Source: a virus
Lineage: Duplodnaviria > Heunggongvirae > Uroviricota > Caudoviricetes
Strand: one strand, 5' to 3'
IMG/VR virus record: IMGVR_UViG_3300046500_000231
Location: 10,070 to 74,069 of that record
DNA: 64,000 bases
The position numbers and the translations under genes are program-made. Shown in pieces: positions 53,960 to 62,808 of the stretch. Every line of letters begins with the position of its first letter. Within the stretch, counting starts at the first letter, position 1. A model generated the notes under the pieces. It ran no database searches and was not told the DNA's origin. It worked only from the letters and a program-made list of their open reading frames with translations.

Positions 53960-54802
53960 TTACGTGCCGGTTGCTTCCAGATCGCCCAGCAGATCGTCCA
54001 GCTCGCTGTCGAGTGCGACGCTTGCCGCCGACGCACCGCCCGTGACCGGCGCCGAACGCATTTCAACTTCACGCAGTTCGTCATCGCCATCGAGCTCGGG
54101 TGCTGCCAGCGTCTTGGGCTTGTCGCGGTCCTCGCCCACCGGTGCGGAGAGCAGACCCGCCACCGACGAGATTGCCGACAGTGCGCGGCGCGTTTGCTCC
54201 TCGTTTTCCTGAGCGACGTATTCGTCCAGGTTGTGGAGCTTCGCTTGGATGCCGGCCGGCAGCGTGTGCTTCTTCGGCGACGCCTGAACCGCATACTTCG
54301 TGTTCAGACCCTTGCCGTCGCGCTGGATCACGACGATTTGCGGGGTGGCCGGATCGAAAATCTGCGCGCCCCACTCCTCGACCAGATCCACGAACTGCGT
54401 GAATGCCGACTTGCCCAGTTCGTAGATCACCGGCTCGTCCTTCGTCGGGCCGTCCAGATCGAGCACGTTCAACACGAAGCCTTGCTTGGACTTCGCGCCC
54501 TTGAGCAGCTCCACCGTTTCGTCGTCGGTCGTCACGCGCATGGCCTTGTTCAGACCCTCGCACGCGGCGCACGGCTTGCCGAAGGTGGCTTCCGCACACG
54601 GGATGACTGCCTGGATTTCACCCGCTGCGTTCTTGATGAAGTGCTGACCCCACTCGTGGAAGAACGTCTCCGGGTCTTCCTTGCGCCAGCCGCCAAGCAC
54701 GACGATGCGGTTGGTGCCAGGACGCGGCTTGACAGTCTTTTCCTTCGGCTTGAGCGCGGCCTTCTTTTGCTTCATCAGGCTCATCAGCTTGCTCGTATCC
54801 AT
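53960..54802 (-). CDS. putative ssDNA-binding protein (acidic C-terminal tail)
   Basis: CxxC...CAAC pair and ELDDLLGDLE acidic tail. Tentative. Confidence 0.35.
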   Translation of the reverse strand: MDTSKLMSLMKQKKAALKPKEKTVKPRPGTNRIVVLGGWRKEDPETFFHEWGQHFIKNAAGEIQAVIPCAEATFGKPCAACEGLNKAMRVTTDDETVELLKGAKSKQGFVLNVLDLDGPTKDEPVIYELGKSAFTQFVDLVEEWGAQIFDPATPQIVVIQRDGKGLNTKYAVQASPKKHTLPAGIQAKLHNLDEYVAQENEEQTRRALSAISSVAGLLSAPVGEDRDKPKTLAAPELDGDDELREVEMRSAPVTGGASAASVALDSELDDLLGDLEATGT

Positions 54803-54894
54803 TTCGCTTTTCCTTTTACAGTTTGGTAGTTAGGTTTATGCCTTTTAGACTTCGCGGTGAGGATCACCGCGTCATCGTTTCAGCTAGAACATTA

Positions 54895-54912
54895 TAGTCA
54901 GGATTGACTATT
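54895..54912. promoter_or_regulatory. motif copy (TAGTCAGGATTGACTATT)
   Basis: 93 bp upstream of the start at 54802. Palindrome GCGGTGAGGATCACCGC at 54854-54870 lies in between. Confidence 0.5.
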
Positions 54913-54927
54913 GCTCTCGTGGCAATT

Positions 54928-56103
54928 TTAGCTGTTTGCTGCCCGAGCGGCATTCACCGCACGGTTGGCCAGGTGGTCGCGCTCGGCTTGCGCAGCCATG
55001 ATACGAACCTGACCCTTGCTTTCGTCGCGGCGATCGGCACCGAGCTGGATCACCATGTCCCGGCGATCGGCAAGCGCACCGACGCAGGCCTTTGCGACGG
55101 CTGCGATCGACTCGGCCTCGATAACCATGATCTTGCCGGCGATCCACTTTGGATCGAGCTTGACCGCGTTCTCGATAGCCTTCTCGGTAGCCTTCTCGCC
55201 CGCTTTGGCGAATTCCTTTCGATGGTGGGCGTAAAGCTGCGCCTCGCGCACGTCAAAACGCGCCTTGATGGATGCGGCTTGCGCTTCTGCACGCGCGGCG
55301 ACCGCACCGTGGTAGGCACGCATCGACGCCTGCGTCATCATGCAGTTGTCCAGGTTCGTCTCCGTCACCTGCATGTCGCGCTTGAATTCGTCCACGTCAA
55401 TGTAGAAGTCGAGCGATGCCTTCGCCTTTTTCTTGACCGCTTCAGCAAGAGCTTCTTCTTCCTCTGCCGAGATTGGGGTCGGTTTTGGGGCCGGTGCTGG
55501 CTTTGTCGGCTCGGGTTCCGGAGTGGGCCTGCCCTTCTGGAAGTTCCTCATCGCTTCCTCCAGCTCTCCAACGTCCTCCCCGGCCGCTTTTGCGGCTGCA
55601 ATCGACTTCTCAAGGTGGGCTCGCTGCGCCGCACCGATCTTCGCCATCTCTGCGCCAGCTACGGCGAGAATGTCGGCATCGCTGAGCGCGGCGGGCTGCT
55701 CTTGCCAGGGCGGTGTCTCAGGCGGCGCAACCGTGCCCGATGCAATCTCGGCTTCGAGTGCCGCGAGATCGTCATCGACGTTGGATTCAGTCGTTGCGGG
55801 CGTGCCCGAGAGCGACGCAGGCAGCACGAAGGTCGAGCCGTCATCGTCTTCCATCACCACCGCACCCTCGTCGGTCGCTTCGGGCGTCGGCACTGGCACT
55901 ACCGGCTCGGGCTGCGCCGGTTTCTCATACAGACCGCCGTCGAGCTCCAGCTCGTCGAGCTCCTCGTCGCTCACTTCCGGCTCTGGGGCGGGTGCCGCTT
56001 TCGGTGCGGGGGTGGCGGCGACCGCGGAGACGCCGGTCGAGGCTTCCAGTTCTGCCATCAGCGCGTCGAGTTCTTCGTCGGACGCCGGAATTTCGTTTGC
56101 CAT
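54928..56103 (-). CDS. hypothetical protein with acidic disordered N-terminus
   Basis: 391-aa ORF. Confidence 0.45.
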   Translation of the reverse strand: MANEIPASDEELDALMAELEASTGVSAVAATPAPKAAPAPEPEVSDEELDELELDGGLYEKPAQPEPVVPVPTPEATDEGAVVMEDDDGSTFVLPASLSGTPATTESNVDDDLAALEAEIASGTVAPPETPPWQEQPAALSDADILAVAGAEMAKIGAAQRAHLEKSIAAAKAAGEDVGELEEAMRNFQKGRPTPEPEPTKPAPAPKPTPISAEEEEALAEAVKKKAKASLDFYIDVDEFKRDMQVTETNLDNCMMTQASMRAYHGAVAARAEAQAASIKARFDVREAQLYAHHRKEFAKAGEKATEKAIENAVKLDPKWIAGKIMVIEAESIAAVAKACVGALADRRDMVIQLGADRRDESKGQVRIMAAQAERDHLANRAVNAARAANS

Positions 56104-56173
56104 GTTTGCTCCTCGTGTATGTGAAAAACTTCACTGACTGACGCGCATTGTATCGACGCGCGTCAGGGTTTAC

Positions 56174-56191
56174 TAGTCAGTTGTGACTGTT
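56174..56191. promoter_or_regulatory. motif copy (TAGTCAGTTGTGACTGTT)
   Basis: Between the dnaE stop and the next start. Confidence 0.55.
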
Positions 56192-56205
56192 GCCACGAAG
56201 CAACG

Positions 56206-59200
56206 TCAGTTGACGCACTCAGCCGCCTTCTCGAACACTGCCGAGAGAATGTCAGCCTTCGCGGGGTCAAAGAGGATCTGTTGTGCGTTAATCCCGCAGA
56301 CGATCGAGGCATCCAGCGCCTTGTCGAAGATCACCTTGCCCGCCAGTTCTGCCGTGCCGCCCTTGATCCCCGGCACGAAATACTTGATTACGGCCGAGCC
56401 AAGCGCAATGATCACCGCCGGCTTCACGAGCTCCAGTTCGCGCTTCAAAAACCCCGAGCACGCGTTGATCTGACCATTGGAGAGGAACTTGTCGTTCTTC
56501 TTGGCCTTCACAAGCGACGTGTAATAGCCCTCTGCCGGGTTGAGCCCCGCATCGGTGATAGCCGCCTTGATGAATGCCGCCGCCTCCCCTTCGAGCATCT
56601 TGTCCGCCTTCTCCTCCTGCCAACTCGGGCAGTCGGACACGACCATGAACTTGACGGTGTGCTTGGCGCGCACGGTCGGATGCGGTTGCCCTGCCAGATC
56701 GCAGCCTTCGCAACCCTTGTATTCCTGCACGAGCGAGATCACCTTCGCCCGCAAGAACTTCTCCTTGAGGTCGGTGGTGCGATCCGCCTTCACCGCGTCG
56801 ATAATCAGCCCGCCCATGAGTTCGGTCTGATCGCGGCGTCGGTCCAGGTGGCGTGCGGGTAGCGATCCGGGTTTGATCGGCACGAGCGCCCCGACCTTCT
56901 CCAGCGCATCGCGCACCTTCACGTTGACTTTCGACCCCTTCGCCGTCGTGATATCGAGGAAGTTCGCTTCATCCTTGAAAGTGCCGCCATTCATGTTGCG
57001 CAGCTCCACGATGCGCTTGGCGGTGTTCTCGGATATGCCCTTCACCGCCGAGAACGGTGCGAGCAGGTGATTGTCATCGGGGATGGTGAAGCGCTCGCGC
57101 GAGAGGTTGATATCAGGCGGCAGCACTTCAATGCCGTATTCGCGTGCCTCCTCGACGAGCTTGGGCAGCTTCTCCTCGTCCACGATCGACATGCAGGCAG
57201 CGAAGTATTCCGCCGGGTAGCGCACGCGCACCCAGAGGCTCCAATACGATATTACGGAATACTCAACGGCGTGGCTCTTGTTGAAACCGTAGCCGGCAAA
57301 TGCTTCGATCTTGTCGAAGATGCGGCCCGCTGCGTCTTCGTCCATGCCCGACGTCGATGCACAGCCCTTGACCCACTTGTCGCGCATTTCGGCCATCTTG
57401 TCCTTGTCTTTCTTGCCCATCGCTTTACGAAGGTGATCCGCTTCCGCCTTCGTAAAGCCCGCAAGATCGACCGCGACCTGCATGACCTGTTCCTGATAGA
57501 CGATGACGCCGTAGGTGTCTTTGAGCGCCGCCTCCATGTTCGGGTGGTCGTAGGTGATCGACTTCACGCCCTGCTTGATCTGGATGAAGTCGTCCATCAG
57601 GCCCGAATCCATCGGACCGGGCCGGTAGAGTGCGGTCGCCGCGGTCACATCATCGAACGTGAGCGGCCCGCCCATCGCCAGGTTCTTGAGCAGCGCCTTC
57701 ATGCCGCCTGAGTCGAACTGGAACACACCCGTTGTATCGCCGCGCCCGAACGCATCCATGACGTCGTGTTCGCCCAGCGGAATGTCGAGGTAGTTGACCT
57801 TCACCCCGTGCCGCTCCTCGATGTAGCTCTTGGCGATCTCCAGCACGTCGAGGGTGGAGAGGCCCAGAATGTCCATCTTGACCAAGCCCCAGTCTTCGAC
57901 CACGCGCTTGTCCCAGTTCACAACCGGGGACTCGCCGCGTGTCTCGACCACCGCCCGGTTCACGAGCGGCTCGCCCGCCACCACAATGCCGGCTGCGTGC
58001 TGACCGAAGTTACGCATGACGCCTTCCAGCTTGAGCGCGTGCGCCCAAATCTCGGCGTGTTCGTCGCGGAACTTCTCAAGCTCGGGCACGACCTTCGCCG
58101 ACTCGGTGAGCGAGAGCGAAATGCCGTGCTCTTTGGGCACGAGCTTGGTTGCGGTGAGGTCAAGCGGCTGCATGCCATGCACGCGGCCGGTGTCGCGCAG
58201 CGCGGAGGCCGAAGCGAGCGTCGAGTAATTGGAGATCCCAGCGACCCGATCGGCGCCGTATTTCTTCGTCAGATACTCGATCACCAGGTGGCGCTTGCTC
58301 GACATGAAATCGAGGTCGGCGTCGGGCAAGTCCAGACGTTCGGGGTTGATGAAGCGCTCGAACAGGAGATTGAAGCGCATCGGGTCCACGTCGGTGATGC
58401 CAAGCAGATAAGCGACGAGACTTCCTCCAACTGATCCGCGGCCGGGACCGACGATAATTCCATTTTCCTTCGCCCACATCACGAGGTCTTCCACGAGCAG
58501 AAAGTAGCCAGAGAAGCCCATTTTCTTGAGCACCGACAGTTCGTATTGGAGACGTGCCTTGTAGGCTGGCATGTCGGCCGGGCCCGGCAGATACCCGAGC
58601 ACCGGTGTCGAGAAGCGGCGCTTCCACCCTTCCAGGCACTTCTTGCCGAGCGTGACGAATTCGTTCTCTGCCATTTCGGGCAGAGAGACCGGCTGCTTCT
58701 TGAACTCGTAGCCGCATTTGGCCGCGATCTTCTCGACGTTCTGCAGGCCGGCGAGCCAGAGCTTGGGCTCATTCACGCCGTAGAACTTCACGGCGCGCGC
58801 GTGCGCGACCTTCATTCGGTCGACCAGGTGCTTCGGATCGTGAAAGGCGAAGTCCTTCACGTGCTGGATGGAGCGGAACTTCGTGTCCATTTTGTCGCCG
58901 TCGGCGATCACCTTCAGCACCGCGAGGGTGTCGGCGTCGGCGTTGTCCCGATAGTAGGTCGGGTAAGAGAGGATCGGCTGAACGCCCAGATCGCGCGCGA
59001 CCTCCAACGCCTTCGCGTTGAGCGTGTCGTAGAGCGGCGTGTCAATCGGCACGAGCTCCACGAAGAAGTCTTCGCCAAAGCAGTGCTCCAGCTCGGTAGC
59101 AATCGCCTTAGCTTGCGGGTGATGGAAGAGTCCGTTGTAATCGCCGGTAGTGACGACCACGCCATCGAGCATCGAAATGTCAGCGAGCCCAACCCGCGAC

Positions 59201-59571
59201 ACGTAATAGAAATACTCGGGCGAATTCGCCTTCGAGAGCAGCTTGATGAGGCTTGAGACGCCCTTCTCGTCCTTCGCATACACCTTCAGGGTGTAGCTAG
59301 GGTTGGGCTTTTCCGCGATCCCCTCCGCCTTCTTGGGCTTCCGATACGTGGGATCGTCGACCACGCGGATTTCGCAGCCGATGATTGCCTTGATGCCAAC
59401 CTTCTTGGCGCGGTTCGCAAAATCGACCATAGCGTGCAGACTCATGGCGTCGGTGAGCGCTACCGACTCGTAGCCCAGCTCCTTCGCCTTCTCGACCAGT
59501 TGGTCGACTTGCAGCATCGACCGACCGATGGAGAAGTCGGAGCGCACGCCGAGCGCGTGACCCAGATTCAT
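56206..59571 (-). CDS. dnaE: DNA polymerase III alpha subunit (DnaE-type, PHP domain)
   Basis: 1121 aa. N-terminal PHP domain, PolIIIA core motifs. Confidence 0.9.
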   Translation of the reverse strand: MNLGHALGVRSDFSIGRSMLQVDQLVEKAKELGYESVALTDAMSLHAMVDFANRAKKVGIKAIIGCEIRVVDDPTYRKPKKAEGIAEKPNPSYTLKVYAKDEKGVSSLIKLLSKANSPEYFYYVSRVGLADISMLDGVVVTTGDYNGLFHHPQAKAIATELEHCFGEDFFVELVPIDTPLYDTLNAKALEVARDLGVQPILSYPTYYRDNADADTLAVLKVIADGDKMDTKFRSIQHVKDFAFHDPKHLVDRMKVAHARAVKFYGVNEPKLWLAGLQNVEKIAAKCGYEFKKQPVSLPEMAENEFVTLGKKCLEGWKRRFSTPVLGYLPGPADMPAYKARLQYELSVLKKMGFSGYFLLVEDLVMWAKENGIIVGPGRGSVGGSLVAYLLGITDVDPMRFNLLFERFINPERLDLPDADLDFMSSKRHLVIEYLTKKYGADRVAGISNYSTLASASALRDTGRVHGMQPLDLTATKLVPKEHGISLSLTESAKVVPELEKFRDEHAEIWAHALKLEGVMRNFGQHAAGIVVAGEPLVNRAVVETRGESPVVNWDKRVVEDWGLVKMDILGLSTLDVLEIAKSYIEERHGVKVNYLDIPLGEHDVMDAFGRGDTTGVFQFDSGGMKALLKNLAMGGPLTFDDVTAATALYRPGPMDSGLMDDFIQIKQGVKSITYDHPNMEAALKDTYGVIVYQEQVMQVAVDLAGFTKAEADHLRKAMGKKDKDKMAEMRDKWVKGCASTSGMDEDAAGRIFDKIEAFAGYGFNKSHAVEYSVISYWSLWVRVRYPAEYFAACMSIVDEEKLPKLVEEAREYGIEVLPPDINLSRERFTIPDDNHLLAPFSAVKGISENTAKRIVELRNMNGGTFKDEANFLDITTAKGSKVNVKVRDALEKVGALVPIKPGSLPARHLDRRRDQTELMGGLIIDAVKADRTTDLKEKFLRAKVISLVQEYKGCEGCDLAGQPHPTVRAKHTVKFMVVSDCPSWQEEKADKMLEGEAAAFIKAAITDAGLNPAEGYYTSLVKAKKNDKFLSNGQINACSGFLKRELELVKPAVIIALGSAVIKYFVPGIKGGTAELAGKVIFDKALDASIVCGINAQQILFDPAKADILSAVFEKAAECVN

Positions 59572-60017
59572 GCCTGCTCCTTGATGAATTCACGGATGCG
59601 CTGCGCCACTTCAAAGGGCGTCGTGCCTTCGTAGCTGTGGGCGCTCTGCGAGAACAGGTCGGACGCCTCGCTGTTCTCCAGACCGAAGAACTTCTCCACC
59701 GCCCGCCAGCCGATCTCGCCCTCGAAATAGGGCACCCCCTGACAGTCGCTCATATCGGCGAGGAGCTTGAAGCCTTCGGCTTGAAACTCGGGCATCATCG
59801 CCGCGTGACCGCAGGCGCAAGCGGCGGTGCCACACGCGATCGTCGTCGGGTCGACTTGCCACATTTCGCCGTCGGGCGTATCAATGGCTTCGCCGAAGGT
59901 GCAGAAGGAGTCATGGTCTGTGGCTTCGAACCACTCATCCAGCTTGAATTCCGCCTTCGCCACGAACTTCTGCGCTTCGAGCACTTCCGCCAGGCGCGTC
60001 AAGCGTTCCACGTTCAT
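59568..60017 (-). CDS. hypothetical protein
   Basis: Start MNVERLTRLAEVLEAQ. Confidence 0.45.
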   Translation of the reverse strand: MNVERLTRLAEVLEAQKFVAKAEFKLDEWFEATDHDSFCTFGEAIDTPDGEMWQVDPTTIACGTAACACGHAAMMPEFQAEGFKLLADMSDCQGVPYFEGEIGWRAVEKFFGLENSEASDLFSQSAHSYEGTTPFEVAQRIREFIKEQA

Positions 60018-60057
60018 TTCGTCCTCCAGTGTGTTGTGTTCGCGTGCTGCTATTGAA

Positions 60058-60819
60058 TCAAGCGCGCGCAGGGGATAGTGAAAGGCAACCGTCGATTTCG
60101 ACGGCAATGTTGAACTTCGTGAAAAGCGGCCAAACTTGCGACACGTGCGACGACGCGGCCGAATCGCCCCAACCGAGCTCCTGCACGAATCGCTGCTTTA
60201 GAGCGCTTCTCGTCGTGCCACCGGTGATCAGTGCGTCGCAGACTATGCGCATAAATTCTGGCTTGCTCTGAGCGAACGGATTCACGCCGGCTAACAAGTC
60301 TTTGCGCATGCGCTCAAGTAGTCCGGATTTGATGAAACGCGACGCGTGTTCGGCCGCTTTCTTGGGTAGCGTGGCGAGCACCGCTTCGTCGTCGGCGAGA
60401 ATGGGCATTTCCACCTTCTCCACCTTCGTCGTGCGGGCTACCGGCGTCTTGGGCAGTTCGGGCTTCGCCGGCACCGCTGCCACCACCTCGTCTTCCTGAT
60501 CGAGCATGGCTTGCTGCACCGTCGTCACCTGAGCGGCGGGTGCGGCCTGCTGTGCCTGGATCTGTGCGGCCTGCGCCCGCAGTGCCGGACCGGGCATCGG
60601 TCCACGCACCTTCTTCCTGGCCGCTTCGTGGCGTGCGAGCAAGTCGCGCACGTTCACGGTCGTTTGGATCGCCTGGAGCGTCTTGACCGCCTCGCCCGCG
60701 CACTGATCGAACACGGCGCACTGGCGGCAGACTTGCGAGTCGTGGCTAAACACGCTCGCGGCAGCAAAGCAGCCCGGCGCCATCACCGGTGCTGCGAGAA
60801 CTTCAATGGACGGCTCCAT
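60058..60819 (-). CDS. hypothetical protein
   Basis: Start MEPSIEV. CxxC pair. Confidence 0.45.
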   Translation of the reverse strand: MEPSIEVLAAPVMAPGCFAAASVFSHDSQVCRQCAVFDQCAGEAVKTLQAIQTTVNVRDLLARHEAARKKVRGPMPGPALRAQAAQIQAQQAAPAAQVTTVQQAMLDQEDEVVAAVPAKPELPKTPVARTTKVEKVEMPILADDEAVLATLPKKAAEHASRFIKSGLLERMRKDLLAGVNPFAQSKPEFMRIVCDALITGGTTRSALKQRFVQELGWGDSAASSHVSQVWPLFTKFNIAVEIDGCLSLSPARA

Positions 60820-60830
60820 GCTCAGATTCC

Positions 60831-61478
60831 TTACAGTGATTCGATCAACTTGCGCACTTCCTTGCCGGCAGCCGTAATCTCTTTGGCGCGTTCGGGCATG
60901 GTCAGGCGCAAGAACTTGCAGATGAAGGACACATTCACGCCCGCGAAGCTGCGCATGTCCTGTCCGACGCTGCGCGCGTATTCGGCGTGGGCCTGATGCT
61001 TGGCGACTTCCTCGAGCAGTAGCTTGGGCGGCTGGGCGATCCACTCAACGATCACCGCGGCGATCGGGCTCAAGCCCTCAACCACCCGCTCCATCGCCTC
61101 GCTCGCTTCGCGCCGCTCAAGCCATTCGTCCGGGGTCATCGCCTCGCACGGAATGCGCTCGATGGCGTGCATGTCCTCGTCGGTCGTGAGCTCCTCGAAG
61201 CTGCGCACGCCGTTGGTGATGCGCTCCTCCTCGACGTCTTCCGCCACGCGGTTGAGCTTGTTGTAGGCAGCGCGTGCGAAGTAGGTGTTGAATTCGAAGC
61301 CCTTCGTCGGATCAAACTTCTGATGGGCCTCAACAAAAGCGATGCGCACATCGCCAAACACATCGTCATAGTCCAATGCGGCGCCCATCCCCTGGAGCCG
61401 TCCGTAGCACTTGCGCGCTACCGTGTGGACGAACCCCAGGTTGCCGGCATAGCACTCGGAAACGTCAGTGCTATACAT
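60831..61478 (-). CDS. phage-encoded sigma-70-family RNA polymerase sigma factor
   Basis: Region 2 match FDPTKGFEFNTYFARAAYNKLNR (cf. FDPxRGFxFSTYA...R). Confidence 0.6.
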   Translation of the reverse strand: MYSTDVSECYAGNLGFVHTVARKCYGRLQGMGAALDYDDVFGDVRIAFVEAHQKFDPTKGFEFNTYFARAAYNKLNRVAEDVEEERITNGVRSFEELTTDEDMHAIERIPCEAMTPDEWLERREASEAMERVVEGLSPIAAVIVEWIAQPPKLLLEEVAKHQAHAEYARSVGQDMRSFAGVNVSFICKFLRLTMPERAKEITAAGKEVRKLIESL

Positions 61479-61483
61479 GGCGA

Positions 61484-62683
61484 TTACGAGAAGATGCGTT
61501 GAGCCAGGCCGTCGCAGACTTCGCGGTCCACTTTCGACAGCTTGTTGATGAAGGACAGTTGCAAGCCCTGGCGCCACGAACCGCGCTTCACGCCGATCTT
61601 TGCCGCGTAGATCAAGGTGCGAGGCGAGATCACATCGCTGATCTTGGCGCCGTCGTAGGCTTCACGAACGAGCGCGGCGAAGTCCACGAGCTTGTCGGCG
61701 TCATCGGCGCGCAGACCGCAGCGCTTTTGCAGGATGAGGCTTTCGAACTGTTTCTTCATGTATTGCTTGTGGATCACCATGCCGAAACGGTCGTAGTTGG
61801 CGCTGTTTTGCAGCGACGTGCCCTGATACAGACCGGTTTCGTCACCCGAGCCGTTGGTGTTGCCGGTTGCCACGAAACGGAAGTTCGGGTGCGGCTTGAT
61901 CACGCGGTTGGCGGCGTCCGCCTCCTTGATCACGAGCGGCTTGCCCTCGAGCACGGCCTGATACACCGAGAGGACCGACGGCAGCGCGAAGTCGTATTCG
62001 TCGGCGGCGTAGACCCAGCCGTTTTTCATGGCAAGCGGGAGCGGTCCGAGTTCGAACTGCGTGGCGCCGTCCTTGACCGTCCACTGACCGACGATGTGGC
62101 TTTCTTCCGTGTTGACCGTATGCTGCACGCGCAGTTGGGCGCGACCGGTGCGGGCGCAAATCTGCTCGTAGAGGTCCGACTTGCCCGAGCCCTTGTGACC
62201 CCACACGTAGCAGGGGATGCCGAGCTCCAGCGCGAGGATGACGTTCTTCAGTTCGTCCACGTCATACACGTAGTCATCCGAGATCGTCGGGACCATATCC
62301 GGGTGCTCCGGCGTCGGGATGATGCTGATCGGGATCGCTTCGCCCTTCGCCGACAGTGCCGTCTTGATCTTGCCCAGGTTGAACACTTCGTGGAACGCGC
62401 CCTTCGTCGTCGCGCCCTTCGGGATCAGTGCCGACACCGATGCGAGTGCTGCGCCCGTGCCTGCCATCTCGACCGCAGCCGGTGCGGCTGCTGCTGCCGC
62501 TTCCTTATCGCGGCGCTTCTTCTCCAGTTGCTCTTGCGCGAGCGCCGAGAGGATCGGTGCGTCGGGGAACTTCGTCTGATACTCGGCGATGCTCAACTCC
62601 GGATGGTCGTTCTTCAGGTGCGACTGGATGACGTGGACGTGCGCACCGCAGATTTTGCATTCGATTTTGTTGGTGTCGCTCAT
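61484..62683 (-). CDS. CobS/MoxR-like AAA+ ATPase with N-terminal C2H2-like zinc finger
   Basis: GHKGSGKS Walker A. CKICGAHVHVIQSHLKNDH. Confidence 0.65.
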   Translation of the reverse strand: MSDTNKIECKICGAHVHVIQSHLKNDHPELSIAEYQTKFPDAPILSALAQEQLEKKRRDKEAAAAAAPAAVEMAGTGAALASVSALIPKGATTKGAFHEVFNLGKIKTALSAKGEAIPISIIPTPEHPDMVPTISDDYVYDVDELKNVILALELGIPCYVWGHKGSGKSDLYEQICARTGRAQLRVQHTVNTEESHIVGQWTVKDGATQFELGPLPLAMKNGWVYAADEYDFALPSVLSVYQAVLEGKPLVIKEADAANRVIKPHPNFRFVATGNTNGSGDETGLYQGTSLQNSANYDRFGMVIHKQYMKKQFESLILQKRCGLRADDADKLVDFAALVREAYDGAKISDVISPRTLIYAAKIGVKRGSWRQGLQLSFINKLSKVDREVCDGLAQRIFS

Positions 62684-62772
62684 TGTTCTTTCTCCAAAGT
62701 GTGGTGAGTTATTACTGAGTGCAGCAACGTTGCTGCGATATGAGAATGATAATGTCGCTTGCTCGGGAACGC

Positions 62773-62790
62773 TAGTCAGTTTTGACTGTT
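62773..62790. promoter_or_regulatory. motif copy (TAGTCAGTTTTGACTGTT) flanked by 10-bp inverted repeats
   Basis: GCTCGGGAAC...GTTCCCGAGC arms on either side. Confidence 0.6.
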
Positions 62791-62808
62791 CCCGAGCAAA
62801 AACAACAA

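Noticed and set aside
61376-62707. 443-aa plus-strand ORF
   Set aside because: Antisense to the CobS-like AAA+ ATPase gene.
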